Shown: in pieces, positions 10,726-20,299 of the stretch
Layout of the letters: each line of letters starts with the position of its first letter
How positions within the stretch are numbered: the stretch's first letter is position 1
Origin: an uncultured Pseudomonadota bacterium
GTDB taxonomy: Bacteria > Myxococcota_A > Polyangia > Fen-1088
Length of the DNA stretch: 64,000 nucleotides
Reading direction: 5' to 3'
Assembly: GCA_963847705.1 (NCBI GenBank)
Contig: CAWKBC010000030.1
Location: forward strand, 352,001-416,000
Position numbers and translations under genes: made by a program
Notes under the pieces: model-generated
Told to the model about the DNA's origin: nothing
The model's input: only the letters and a program-made list of their open reading frames with translations
Database searches by the model: none

Positions 10726-11460
10726 TTACTCGGTTGCGCCTGTGCCGATCTCCTCCCAGCTGAACTCGTAGCGCAGGTACAGCTCGTCGCCGACGCGCTC
10801 GAGTGACGCGAGCTTCGGGTCGGGGATCTGGTCGGGGGTGAAGCCGGGGCCGGTGGCGAGGGTGGGGGCGCGGGCGCCGCCGAGGATGCGGGGGACCAGC
10901 GTCAGGTGGAGGGCGTCGACGGCGCGGGCGGCGAAGAGCTGGGCGACCAGGGCGCCGCCGCCTTCGCAGAGCAAGGTCCGGATTCCGCGGCCGGTGAGCC
11001 AGGTCAGCACGTCCGGCATGGCCACGCGATCGCTCGAGAACTGGACCAGCTCGGCGACCGTGCCCAGGCGCGAGCGGGTCTCGGCGGGCATGGCCGGCGC
11101 GTGGAGGACGATCGACGGACCGCCCAGGGCCGGGTCGAACATGCGCTGCTCGGGTTTGATGCCGTCTCCGCTCGTGGTGACGACGATTCGTGCCGGCTCG
11201 GGCGCACCGCGGGCGCGGCGGGCGGCGCGTTCATCGGCGGGGACGGCCAGATCGGGGTTGTCGGCGCGCAGGTTCGTCGCGCCGATCAGGATCGCGTCGG
11301 CTTCCGCGCGCAGCGCCAGCATCCGCCGGAAGTCCTCGCGGTGGCGCGACATCATGAACTTCCCTTGGCGCAGCCCGGGCGCCGGGTTGATCTTGCCGTC
11401 GACCGACGAGGCGAAGTTCACCAGGACGCGCGGACGGTTTTGCGGTTGCGGCGTGGTCAT
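10726..11460 (-). CDS. RibD C-terminal/dihydrofolate-reductase family protein
   Basis: ASSVDGKI, DAILIGATN, LLCEGG, VDALHLTLVPRILGG. Confidence 0.85.
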   Translation of the reverse strand: MTTPQPQNRPRVLVNFASSVDGKINPAPGLRQGKFMMSRHREDFRRMLALRAEADAILIGATNLRADNPDLAVPADERAARRARGAPEPARIVVTTSGDGIKPEQRMFDPALGGPSIVLHAPAMPAETRSRLGTVAELVQFSSDRVAMPDVLTWLTGRGIRTLLCEGGGALVAQLFAARAVDALHLTLVPRILGGARAPTLATGPGFTPDQIPDPKLASLERVGDELYLRYEFSWEEIGTGATE

Positions 11461-11798
11461 CGGAACGCCACCACCACCGCCGCGAGGATGAGCCCGAAGG
11501 AGACCAGATAGCGGGGCTGCACCCCTTCGCCCAGCCAGAGCGCCGCGAAGATCATGAACACCACCAGCGTGATCGCCTCTTGCATCACCTTGAGCTGGTA
11601 CGCCGACAGCGCCCGATAGCCGATCCTGTTCGCTGGCACTTGCAAGGTGTACTCGAAGAAGGCGATTCCCCAGCTCGCCAAGATGGCCACGATGAGTGGC
11701 GCCTTCCGGAAGCGGAGGTGCCCGTACCAGGCGATGGTCATGAAGGTGTTCGACAGCAGAAGGAGGCCAGCGGCCTTGGCGCGATCGTCGATCGTCAT
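11457..11798 (-). CDS. DMT-family small membrane protein (DUF486-like)
   Basis: LSNTFMTIAWYGHL, SWGIAFFEY, QVPANRIG, LKVMQE. Confidence 0.85.
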   Translation of the reverse strand: MTIDDRAKAAGLLLLSNTFMTIAWYGHLRFRKAPLIVAILASWGIAFFEYTLQVPANRIGYRALSAYQLKVMQEAITLVVFMIFAALWLGEGVQPRYLVSFGLILAAVVVAFR

Positions 11799-11965
11799 CC
11801 CGACATCTTAGCCAGACATCCTGGCCAGCTCATCCGACGATGAGATGCGCGGCCCCAAATCGGTGATCAGGAGCGCGAAGGATGAGACGACCTCGTCCCC
11901 TGACAGGCGATCCTCGTGCTTCCTGGTCCCCGGCGCGGTAGACACCCCGCACGGAGATCCACACC

Positions 11966-12169
11966 ATGAAGTTCAGACAGATCGTTTTGCTGGCCGGAAC
12001 ACAGGGGAATGCCACTCAGGGCATCGGGCTGACCGAGGACGGGGAGGCGGTTTGGTTGTCGGTGCGCGAGGAGAACCAGCTGCCCGCCGGGGTGCTGCGG
12101 AACCTGGAGGTGCGTGCCTTGAAGATCGTCGACAAGCGGGAGCCGGCGCCGACGACCGAGGTAGCGTAG
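11966..12169 (+). CDS. Small hypothetical protein
   Basis: GGAG RBS, ATG, GC3-biased codons. Confidence 0.5.
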   Translation: MKFRQIVLLAGTQGNATQGIGLTEDGEAVWLSVREENQLPAGVLRNLEVRALKIVDKREPAPTTEVA

Positions 12170-12181
12170 AGTCTCGGGACC

Positions 12182-12421
12182 ATGAACCATCCGGGCTGTA
12201 AGGCGAAGGCGACCGCGCACTGGGAAGAGGCACTCGACGCGTTGAAGGATGGTCCGGAGGAGATCCGGAAGGCGGTCAGCAATGCCTTCAGGTTCATCAC
12301 GGACACCGTCGAGATGCACCCGAACCTCACCTGCCCTTACTGCTCCGACCCGCTCGCCGTCGCTGCCGCCGCGGTCTCGGCCGGGGTGGCCGCCGCCACC
12401 GATCGCTCCGACCGCAAGTGA
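12182..12421 (+). CDS. Small hypothetical protein with CPYC motif
   Basis: Follows the previous ORF; HPGC...CPYC are possible metal ligands. Confidence 0.5.
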   Translation: MNHPGCKAKATAHWEEALDALKDGPEEIRKAVSNAFRFITDTVEMHPNLTCPYCSDPLAVAAAAVSAGVAAATDRSDRK

Positions 12422-12640
12422 CCGAGCGGCGCGACGCGCTCCTTCCCTGATCCGAGGAGCGGCCCGGCCGCCAGATTGGGGTCCCTGAGGAGCTGCGGCG
12501 ATCGCCCACGGAGGGATCCATCGCGCGCCAGCCTCTCGGCGGAGGCGCTGGGGATGCCGCGGAGAACCTTCTGTAAGCGGCTCAGGGATTACGCGATCCC
12601 TCGACCGCGCCCCTAGACCAGCGGACGGACGAATCGAAAC

Positions 12641-12720
12641 GAGGCGCGGCACTCGGCGGAGGCGCGGCACTCGGCGGAGGCGCGGCACTCGGCCGAGGCG
12701 CGGTACCCGGCGGAGGCGCA
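12641..12720. repeat. 18-bp tandem repeat, about 4.4 copies
   Basis: GAGGCGCGGCACTCGGCG units at 12641, 12659, 12677, 12695. Confidence 0.85.
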
Positions 12721-12875
12721 GCTCTCGCTGATCGAGAAGCGGGACGACGCGACTGAATGCGCACGATTTACGTTTCGACGATCTCGCCGCCCTCGACGCG
12801 GACGTCGTTGGTCAGGATCAGGTCGCCGGTCGGCAGAATCGGGCGGATGGTCGGGCAGGGGTAGCGGCGAGGAGC

Positions 12876-13499
12876 TTAGACGCTCCTGACGATCGAGAAA
12901 GCTCGGTCCAGGCAGGCGCGGACGTCGGCCTTCCCCTGAGAGTCGGTCCATTCGTCGATGCCGCAGGTAAACGCCGCCAGCGCAGCGGCGACGATCACCC
13001 GGGCTGTGAGGTCCCTGGTCGGGGAATCGCGCAAGCGCTTGGCGAGCACCTTCGCGAGCTCTCGTTCCCAGATGGAACGCTTCTCGAAGCTCTTCCCCAC
13101 GAGGGCGGGCGTCGCCTTCGCGAGCCGGGTCATCGCCAGCGCCCACTTGGGGTTCTTGTCGTAGTAATGCAGGAGCGATCGCAGCGTGTCGCAGACGCTC
13201 TCGAATGGCGCCTCGCCCTTGGGCCGCGCCTCCAGCGCGGCGACCAGCTCGTCCGTGAGCTCCTCATACCAGGCGAACACCAGGTCTTCCTTGGTCGCGA
13301 AGTAGCGGAAGAGCGTGCGTTTGGACACCGCGAGCGGATCGACGATCTCGTCGATGGTGGTCTCCGCAAAGCCCTTGGCAGTGAAGAGCTGAATGGCCTG
13401 CCGCGACAGCTCGCTCTTCAGCTGGCGCTTGCGCCTCCCGCGCAGTCCTTCCTTGACCTCGGCCTGCGCCAGGTCGACCGACTGTTCGCTTCTCTTCAT
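12876..13499 (-). CDS. TetR-family regulator
   Basis: LFTAKGFAETTIDEI...VSKRTLFRYFATKEDL HTH. Confidence 0.9.
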   Translation of the reverse strand: MKRSEQSVDLAQAEVKEGLRGRRKRQLKSELSRQAIQLFTAKGFAETTIDEIVDPLAVSKRTLFRYFATKEDLVFAWYEELTDELVAALEARPKGEAPFESVCDTLRSLLHYYDKNPKWALAMTRLAKATPALVGKSFEKRSIWERELAKVLAKRLRDSPTRDLTARVIVAAALAAFTCGIDEWTDSQGKADVRACLDRAFSIVRSV

Positions 13500-13536
13500 T
13501 CTCCCGAGGATAGGGCTGTGGCAAAAACTGTCAACT

Positions 13537-13568
13537 TGTCACTTATTGACAAATGGCACTTGGTGACA
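13537..13568. promoter_or_regulatory. Probable TetR operators overlapping the SDR promoter
   Basis: TGTCA-N5-TGACA (13537-13551) and TGGCA-N5-TGACA (13554-13568); TTGACA at 13546. Confidence 0.65.
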
Positions 13569-13592
13569 CAATATGGTCTTCAGGAGGTCGTC

Positions 13593-14504
13593 ATGGAAAG
13601 AAACGTTCTGATCACGGGTAGCGCATCGGGGCTGGGTCACCAGGCCGTCCGTCTCTTCGCGGAGCGCGGGTATCACGTTTTCGCCGGAGTCCGGCGGGCG
13701 GAGGACGCCGAGAAGGTCGCGCGGCTTCACCCCGCCGTCACGCCGATCCTGCTGGACGTCGCGGATCCGGCGCAGGTGGCGGGGGCGGCGGAGCAGGTCG
13801 ACCGCGCCTGCGGGCCGGCCGGCCTGGCCGTCCTGATCAACGCCGCGGGGAGCATCCTCTATGGGCCCATCGAGCACACCACCCGGGCGGAGGCGGCAGC
13901 GCTCTTCGAGGTGCTCACCTTCGGACCGTTCGAGCTGTCGAACCGCCTGTTGCCGGCGCTCAAGCGCTTCTCCGGCCGCGGCGCGGGACGGGCCAAGGTG
14001 CTCAACGTGATCTCCTGGGCATCCCTGGACGCCAACCCCTTCGTTGGCTTCTACGCCGCCGCCAAGGCGGCCCTGCTGCGCCTCACCCAGGCCCAGAACC
14101 TCGAGCTGGCCAAATTCGACGTCGACGCCATCGCCGTGGTGCCGGGGATGATGAAAACGCCCTTCGTCACGAGGGCGGAGGGCCAGATCGGCCAGGTCAT
14201 GGCGCACCTCCCTCCGCAGGGGCGCGACGACTACGGCGCAGGACTGGCGCAGATGGCGTCCATGAGCCGAGGCGCCGGTCAGAATCCGCTGGCGGCTTCT
14301 CCCGAGAGGGTTGCGCGCCAGTTGCTCGCCATCGCCGAGAAGCGCCGCCCCAGGCACCAGTACAACCTCGGGCTCGACACCGCGCTGGTTCGCTTCCTGA
14401 ACTTCGTGCTTCCGTCCTGGCTGCTGAAGGCCGCGAAGACGGCGCTCTTCGGGTTGAATCGCCGCCAGGACCGCCGCCTGGCCGCGGCTGTCGCAACCCG
14501 GTAA
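13593..14504 (+). CDS. SDR-family oxidoreductase
   Basis: AGGAGG RBS; ITGSASGLG, INAAG, YAAAK. Confidence 0.9.
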   Translation: MERNVLITGSASGLGHQAVRLFAERGYHVFAGVRRAEDAEKVARLHPAVTPILLDVADPAQVAGAAEQVDRACGPAGLAVLINAAGSILYGPIEHTTRAEAAALFEVLTFGPFELSNRLLPALKRFSGRGAGRAKVLNVISWASLDANPFVGFYAAAKAALLRLTQAQNLELAKFDVDAIAVVPGMMKTPFVTRAEGQIGQVMAHLPPQGRDDYGAGLAQMASMSRGAGQNPLAASPERVARQLLAIAEKRRPRHQYNLGLDTALVRFLNFVLPSWLLKAAKTALFGLNRRQDRRLAAAVATR

Positions 14505-14629
14505 CCCCAAGGGCATTGGCGCCGCCCGCCGTTCGGTCCACGCAGACCTCACGGCGGGCGGGGCCCCGCGTCGGCGGAAAACCGAATAGGATGCTTCGGG
14601 GGACCGCTCAGCCCCGAGAGAAATGCCGC

Positions 14630-16481
14630 GTGGCTCCCTCCTCCAGCCTCAAGCTCAAGCCGGCCGACCCGTTCGACCTGATCCGGTGGCTCGCTCGGAG
14701 TCAAAGCGATCCGCGCAAGGCGGTGGCGGAGTTGGTGCAGAACTCGCTGGATGCCAGGGCCCGGCGTGTGACGATTGAGCGGCGGCGCGTGCGGCGGGCG
14801 CCAGCGCTGGTCATCCGCGATGACGGCGAGGGGATCGTCCCGGAGCTGACGCGCGAAGGGGCGCTGCGGGCGATCGCCACCAACATCGGGCATTCACGCA
14901 AGCGGGGCCTGTCGCCGCGCGAGCGGCACGACGAGATGGTCGCCGGCAAGTACGGCATCGGCCTGCTCGGCTTCTGGTCGATCGGGCATCGCATGGAGAT
15001 CCGCTCGCGGGTGGGGGGTGGCGAGGTATGGGCGCTGCGGATGGTCGAGGATCAGGAGCGCGCGGAGCTGGTGCGTGAACGCATGGCCTTCGAGACCGCC
15101 GACACGTTCACGGAGGTCGTCATCGGCGAGCTGCACGATGCCGCCCAGCGGATCCTCACCGGGCGGCGGCTGAACGATTACCTGGCGTCGGAGCTGCGTG
15201 GGATGCTGCTGGCGACGGGGGCGGCGCTCGAAATCCAGGACCGGCTGGCGCGCGGCCTCGCCGAGAGGACGTTCGTCGTCGTGCCGCGGCGGTTCGTGGG
15301 CGAGCGCCTCGCGGTGCCGGAAATGGTTCCGGTCGAGGGCCATGCACCGGCCAAGATCGAGCTCTATCTCGCGCGCGGCGGCGATCGTGCGGCCATCGAG
15401 GTGAGCTGCGGCGGGACGTTGATCGCCGACGACGCGACGGAGCTGCGGCAGCTGGGGATGGAAGGTTTGGATCGGTCGCCTTGGACCGGCCGCGGCCTGG
15501 CGGGGCTCATCGAGTTCTCCGCTTTCCAGAATCCCACCGGGGACCCGGCGTGGGGTCATCCCCGACGCGGCGTCCGAGGCATTCGCGCGGGCGATGGTCG
15601 GGTACGCGACGCTGGTCGAAGCCGAGCTGGGCCGGCTCGATCGCGAGCGCCAGGCGACGACCAGCCGGCAACTCCTGACCGAGCTGCGCCGGGCGTTGCG
15701 CGGGCTGCGCGCGCGCCTGCCGCAATACGAGCTGCCGAAGGTCGAGGAGCCGGCGTCGTCGTCTGCAGGGACCACTCCAGTGGCTGGCGCCGGAGGTGCG
15801 GCGCCCGAGGGGCTTCCTCTCGGACAGGCCGACGGCGACATCGAGGATGCCGAACCGGACCCGGGGCCAACCGAGGAGGAACCGTCGCTGTTTCCGCCCG
15901 GGCCGCTGGCGACGGTCCGCATCGTCCCAGCGGAGGTCACGGTGCAGGCGGGACGCGAACGGAGGGTGCAAGCCATCGCGCTCGCTCGCGACGGCCGGCG
16001 GGTGCGCGGCGCAGTGTCGTTCGCCTGGTCCAGCGACAACGCGGCCGTCGAAATCGTCGGCGACGGCCCGAAGCCCCTCGTTCGCGTGCAGCCGGACGCG
16101 CGGGCGGACCTGCGCTGTGCGATCGCGGTCGTCGCGCGGCAGGACGCGGAGCAGGCCTCGGCCTCGGCCTCGGTGCGGATCGCCGATCGCCCGGAGCCGC
16201 CGACCGATCTCGCCGCCGGCGTTCCCGAGCCCGAGCTGGTCGACGATCCGGGCGGGCGCTGGCGCAGCCGCTTCGACGGGCGGCGATGGCAGGTCAACGC
16301 CAGCCATGACGACTACATCGCGCTCCGCGGCGAGCCCCAAACGCGGCTGCGCTATCTGCTCTCGCTGTTCGCCAAGGAGGTGGCGCTCCGCGCCCACGGC
16401 GTGCCAGGGAGCGAGGCGGCGCTGGAGAGCCTGGTCGAGATCCTGGCGCACGCGGAGCGGAACCTCGGGTCCGGAAGTTAG
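14630..16481 (+). CDS. GHKL (HATPase_c_3) ATPase with C-terminal Ig-like region; frameshift at 15527-15533
   Basis: ELVQNSLDA, DDGEGI, IGHSRK, GKYGIGLLG; joins ORF 15594..16481 if one A of CAGAATC is removed. Confidence 0.75.
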
Positions 16482-16637
16482 AGACCGCGCGTCGCGCAAC
16501 AACGCGTCCTCCGGCGGGGGCAAGGCGAGGCGCCTCCCGGCCGCGGGACGGGCGGCGGCATGCGTCTCACGGAGGGCCATCCGTGCAGCGAGTGAGACCA
16601 TGTTGATGTCGGCCCTGCGCTGTGCCACACCAAGAAA

Positions 16638-17348
16638 ATGACCCCTGAAGAGTCCCTCGATACGCTTTGGGACCACGCAATCGGCGGATGGGTCTGGGAC
16701 CTGTGCCGCGACGGCTTGGAGTCGGCGATCCTGAAGCCCCTTGCGCAGTGCCGCAGTGCCTCCCTGCATCTCGTGGACCGGATGCGGGGATTGGACAACT
16801 TCGCGGAGCGCAAGGTAGCAGCCACAATTGTCGGGTTCCTCGGTGCCCATGCGCCAGCGGACCTGCTCGACCAACTCTTCGAGGCGGAGGGCGCACGCGA
16901 CCGCGCGACGAAGAACGATGTCGAGCGGCTCGAGACCCAATCAGTCGTGGAGGACATCGTCTTCGCCGCTACTCGCTGGTGCCGAGATAGCGAACGTAAG
17001 GACGCCGGGCTCGGAGTGCTACGAAAGGTCGTAGAGCACACGCTCGCGGGCGAGTACTGGAATACGAGCAGCTACGCGATGATGGGGCTGGCGCGGCACG
17101 CGCCGGGAGACGCGCGGGACCTGCTGACGCGCTTCACCGTATATGCGAAGGGTTCTCCGCCGGCGCACCCGTCCAAGCCGACGATGGCTCAGGAGCGGGA
17201 ATTCGCCGACTCGATCGGAAACGGGAAGTGCGACGGTATTGAGAAGCACCTGTCACGTTGCGAAGCTGAAGCGGCTGCAGTGAAGTGGGACTCGCGCGGC
17301 CAGGGCGCATACGCAGCCTTCATGGCCGTGGCGCAGCAGGTGCCATAG
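16638..17348 (+). CDS. Hypothetical helical protein (island-like codon usage)
   Basis: 236-aa ORF with normal composition and lower GC3. Confidence 0.65.
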   Translation: MTPEESLDTLWDHAIGGWVWDLCRDGLESAILKPLAQCRSASLHLVDRMRGLDNFAERKVAATIVGFLGAHAPADLLDQLFEAEGARDRATKNDVERLETQSVVEDIVFAATRWCRDSERKDAGLGVLRKVVEHTLAGEYWNTSSYAMMGLARHAPGDARDLLTRFTVYAKGSPPAHPSKPTMAQEREFADSIGNGKCDGIEKHLSRCEAEAAAVKWDSRGQGAYAAFMAVAQQVP

Positions 17349-17450
17349 AACGCAACCGAAGAGGCGGACCGCCACATATCGCTCTGAAAGCCTCAGCTGG
17401 GCGCGACGATCCATAACTCTTGACCGTATCTCGGCACCCGTCCGGGCGGA

Positions 17451-17620
17451 GAGGAGGTCATCGCGACGGACGAGCGGCTCGCCTGGTACGACGATCTGGA
17501 CGAGCAGGCAGACGACGCGATGACTGCGGCTGTGGGTACGTTGAGGGTCATGGGGGTAGGCCTGCGCGCCTCACTGAGCTCGGCCATCAACGGCAGCAGG
17601 TAGGCGCTGGCGAAGCCATC
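17451..17620 (+). pseudogene. Decayed RelE/ParE (DUF891-like) toxin fragment
   Basis: Translates EEVIATDERLAWYDDLDEQADDAMTAAVGTLRVMGVGLRASLSSAINGSR*, resembling the N-terminus of Gp49-like RelE toxins; premature stop. Confidence 0.45.
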
Positions 17621-17825
17621 TGAGGGTCCAAGTTACTCGGGCGTAGAGATGGTGGAGTCCAACGACCCGCGGAGACTCGGGGAGGCGGCCCGAATCTGGC
17701 GTCTCCCAAATTCCCGCGGCCTTTGTCGCGGCCCTTATCCGATTATCCGGCGAGGCCCAGCACGCCAAGGTAGCTAAATCGCGAGGGAATGGTCCTGCCA
17801 GGCCGCCGCGAGATTGCGGTGGTCA

Positions 17826-17859
17826 AGGATTATCCGACTGTGGAGAATACGAGTTATCC
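17826..17859 (+). other. Candidate attI (first recombination point G|TTATCC at 17853)
   Basis: GTTATCC is the exact complement of the R'' GGATAAC (19752) of cassette 1; preceded by GAATACGA and by TTATCC repeats rather than an attC hairpin. Confidence 0.55.
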
Positions 17860-18054
17860 AGACGGCAGTCCGACCCATGCTGTTAGCATCGCATCCGATG
17901 AAGGTCGTCTTAACGGTGGCGCTGGCCCTTCTGGAGTTAGGCGGATGTGGGAGCAACTCCGGGGTATGCCATGCCGGTTGTCTCTGCTATCGAACACCTC
18001 AGGACTGTCCAGCCGGTTGCTATCCATCGCTCACCCAATCGGTAGCGGAATCTG

Positions 18055-19125
18055 TCAACGCGTTTGAGACAGCGAGGGTGAGGAATCTAAGAGGCAAGCC
18101 TCGCTGAGCGAAGTCGGAATGCTGTCCTCGATGGTCACGGCGCTGGAGGTGAGGGGGTTGATGCTGACCTCGCTGGGAGGCAGCAGGACACGAGGAGCGC
18201 CGTGGGGGAAGCGCTCGGGATGGGCGGCGTGCGCAGCGTCCAGCGCCGCCTGGCGGACAATGCGTACCTGCTCGACGCGGCCGAAGAAAACGTCGGCCGG
18301 CGTGAACAGGGCGAGGTTGGAATGGTGGTGCTCGTCGTTGTGCCAGCCGAAGAACGGCGCGAGCCAGCCGCGGGCATGTAACTCGCCGGCGAAACGCCCC
18401 GGGTAGTCGGGTTGGTACTTCAACGTCTTGAACTGCGCCTCGCTGAAGGCGTTGTCGTCGGACACGTGCGGGCGGCTGAAGCTCCGCTGGACTCCGAGCG
18501 TCGCCAACAATTGCGCCAGTGTGTCGCTCTTCATCGCGGAGCCGCGATCCGCGTGGACGGTCAGGCCGGGCTCGACGCCGTGGCGGGCGATGGTCTCGGC
18601 GAATAGCTGCGCGGCCAGGTGCTTGCTCTCCTTCGGGGCCACCATCCAGCCGACGACGTATCGGCTGAACAGGTCGATGATGACGTACGCGTGCAGGAAC
18701 ACGCCCACGGCGGTCGAGGCCAGCTTCGTTATGTCCCAGGTCCACACCTGGTTCGGTGCCGTGGCCGTCAGCGAGGGCTTCGTGTACACGTGGGGCCGTC
18801 GCTGATTGCGACGCTCCTTCGTCTCGCCGCGCGCGGCGAGAACTCGGTAAATCGTGCGAATCGAGGCCAGGTAGATGCCGCGGCTGAGCAGCGTTGCATA
18901 GAGCTCCATCACCGACTGGTCGGCGAACTCCGCGCTGTGGACCGCAGCGAGAATCGCGGCGCGTTCGACGTCGCTCACGCGGCGTGGGCTCGGCGCCCGG
19001 GGTGACGGCCAATGCGGCGGTGCTGGCCGCGTGCCCCGGTACAGCATCGCGCGACTGACGCCCAACGCCTGGCACGCCGTTGTGATCGGGACGATCGGGT
19101 CGGCTAGATCTTCCACGAGGTCCAT
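18055..19125 (-). CDS. IS3 transposase OrfB (DDE)
   Basis: WTWDITKL, IIDLFSRYVVGW, HADRG, DNAFSEAQFKTLKY. Confidence 0.95.
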   Translation of the reverse strand: MDLVEDLADPIVPITTACQALGVSRAMLYRGTRPAPPHWPSPRAPSPRRVSDVERAAILAAVHSAEFADQSVMELYATLLSRGIYLASIRTIYRVLAARGETKERRNQRRPHVYTKPSLTATAPNQVWTWDITKLASTAVGVFLHAYVIIDLFSRYVVGWMVAPKESKHLAAQLFAETIARHGVEPGLTVHADRGSAMKSDTLAQLLATLGVQRSFSRPHVSDDNAFSEAQFKTLKYQPDYPGRFAGELHARGWLAPFFGWHNDEHHHSNLALFTPADVFFGRVEQVRIVRQAALDAAHAAHPERFPHGAPRVLLPPSEVSINPLTSSAVTIEDSIPTSLSEACLLDSSPSLSQTR

Positions 19126-19589
19126 CAGGTCTCGTCGTCGAGCACTGGCAGTGCGATGCCCAGAATCTCGTGCGCTTTTTTTTGGAGTGCGATGACGGCT
19201 TCAGCGATGTGCAGCTTGCGCTCGAGGACGGCGGTGCGCTTGAGCAACTGGGCGTTGAGGCGGTCCTTCGCGTCCAGCTTGGGCTTGCGACCCACCTTGC
19301 GCGGCGCGAGTCCTGCCGCGCCCTGCGCGCTGAGCTGCCCGCGCCATGACGACAGAGCGGAGCTGTAGAGGCCCTCCTCGCGCAGCATGGCCTCAAGCGC
19401 GCCGCGCTCCCCGCTGGCGATGCAGGCGTCCGCCTTCTTCACGATTCGTAATTTCTCGGCGGCGCTGAACGACCGCCTCGTGCGCTTCGGCGTCGTCTCT
19501 ACCGCAGCGCCACTGACCCCGAGCGCCTGCTGGCGTCGCTCGGCCTCGGGCATGGTTTCACGAACTGGGACTGGGGATGTCTTGAGCAA
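19125..19589 (-). CDS. IS3 transposase OrfA
   Basis: RRSFSAAEKLRIV, LREEGLYSS HTH; A8G -1 slippery site at 19175-19183 opens into the OrfB frame. Confidence 0.9.
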   Translation of the reverse strand: MLKTSPVPVRETMPEAERRQQALGVSGAAVETTPKRTRRSFSAAEKLRIVKKADACIASGERGALEAMLREEGLYSSALSSWRGQLSAQGAAGLAPRKVGRKPKLDAKDRLNAQLLKRTAVLERKLHIAEAVIALQKKAHEILGIALPVLDDET

Positions 19590-19751
19590 GATCGCGGGTC
19601 CATTCTCCGCCCATCGGCACTGAAGTTTCCAGAGAAGGCTGTCTCACGCGACGTTGGCACAGGGGGTAGACGGTTCCGTGCCACAGTTCTTCTGCTCGAA
19701 CGGACCGGGGTTGGATGCCAGTTCCCGGTAGTAGAGGACATCGTGGGCGCT

Positions 19752-19905
19752 GGATAACCAGCCGTTGCAGCAGCCGAACGCCACACGCGCACGATCGAGC
19801 GCGGGCTCATGCCGCGACGCCGCAGGCTATGCCCGCGGCTCCTCGCGGCCGTGATACGCTTGAAGGCGACCCTGGCGTTCGCTGCTGAACGGCAGGTCGT
19901 TAGAC
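19752..19905 (+). repeat. attC1 (long type, 154 bp)
   Basis: R'' GGATAAC ... R' GTTAGAC. Confidence 0.9.
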
Positions 19906-19918
19906 GGACAAGCGACGC

Positions 19919-20209
19919 ATGTGCCCTTCATGCCAAGAGCTTCAGGTCGAGGTCGCGATACGAACTCCCGGAGAACTGGCCAAGGCGATTCGTGTCGCTC
20001 AAGCGAACATCGTCGACGGAACGCTTCAGCCGATCGAGCCGGCAGGAGCGCAGCCGATCGCGAGCATCCAGCCTGATGGTCCTTGGGAGGACGTAATCTC
20101 CTACCTCTTTCGCTGCGCCAAGTGTGGAACGCAGTTCGAACTCTCGGCCGAGACCTACCATGGGAGCGGCGGCTCTTGGCGACGCCGGGACTCGGCGGGT
20201 GCCGTCTAA
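19919..20209 (+). CDS. Cassette 2: small protein with CxxC...CxxC
   Basis: CPSC, CAKC, ETYHGSGGSW; stop lies inside R''. Confidence 0.75.
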   Translation: MCPSCQELQVEVAIRTPGELAKAIRVAQANIVDGTLQPIEPAGAQPIASIQPDGPWEDVISYLFRCAKCGTQFELSAETYHGSGGSWRRRDSAGAV

Positions 20210-20288
20210 CCCGCCGTTGCAGACGGACCGGCGCGTCGGTCGCTTCGCTCCCTCTCGCGCCGGCCGCTGAACGGCTATATCGTTAGCC
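20204..20288 (+). repeat. attC2 (85 bp)
   Basis: GTCTAAC ... GTTAGCC. Confidence 0.9.
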
Positions 20289-20299
20289 GGACGAAGAAT

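Larger units (their letters stand above)
18046..19664 (-). mobile_element. IS3-family insertion sequence
   Basis: orfA/orfB; imperfect IRs TCTGTCAACGCGTTTGAGACAG and TGTGCCAACGTCGCGTGAGACAG; GGTAG flanks both ends (18041-45, 19665-69). Confidence 0.9.
17898..19731 (+). pseudogene. Cassette 1: small Cys-rich lipoprotein interrupted by IS3
   Basis: Removing the IS restores MKVVLTVALALLELGGCGSNSGVCHAGCLCYRTPQDCPAGCYPSLTQSV-DGSVPQFFCSNGPGLDASSR*. Confidence 0.75.

Noticed and set aside
12641-12720. 18-bp repeats as a mini-CRISPR or iterons
   Set aside because: Contiguous tandem units without spacers; no rep or cas gene nearby
16480-16640. attL copy of the tRNA-His 3' end marking the island's left border
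   Set aside because: No match to TGGGGTGAGTGACGGGG was found by eye
17571-17768. Minus-strand ORF as the intI N-terminus
   Set aside because: No RHYS..TE..Y motif; PRVVGLHHLY looks more like a transposase C-terminal scrap and is too short to call
17882-17888. GTTAGCA as the start of cassette 1
   Set aside because: It does not complement R'' GGATAAC, whereas GTTATCC at 17853 does
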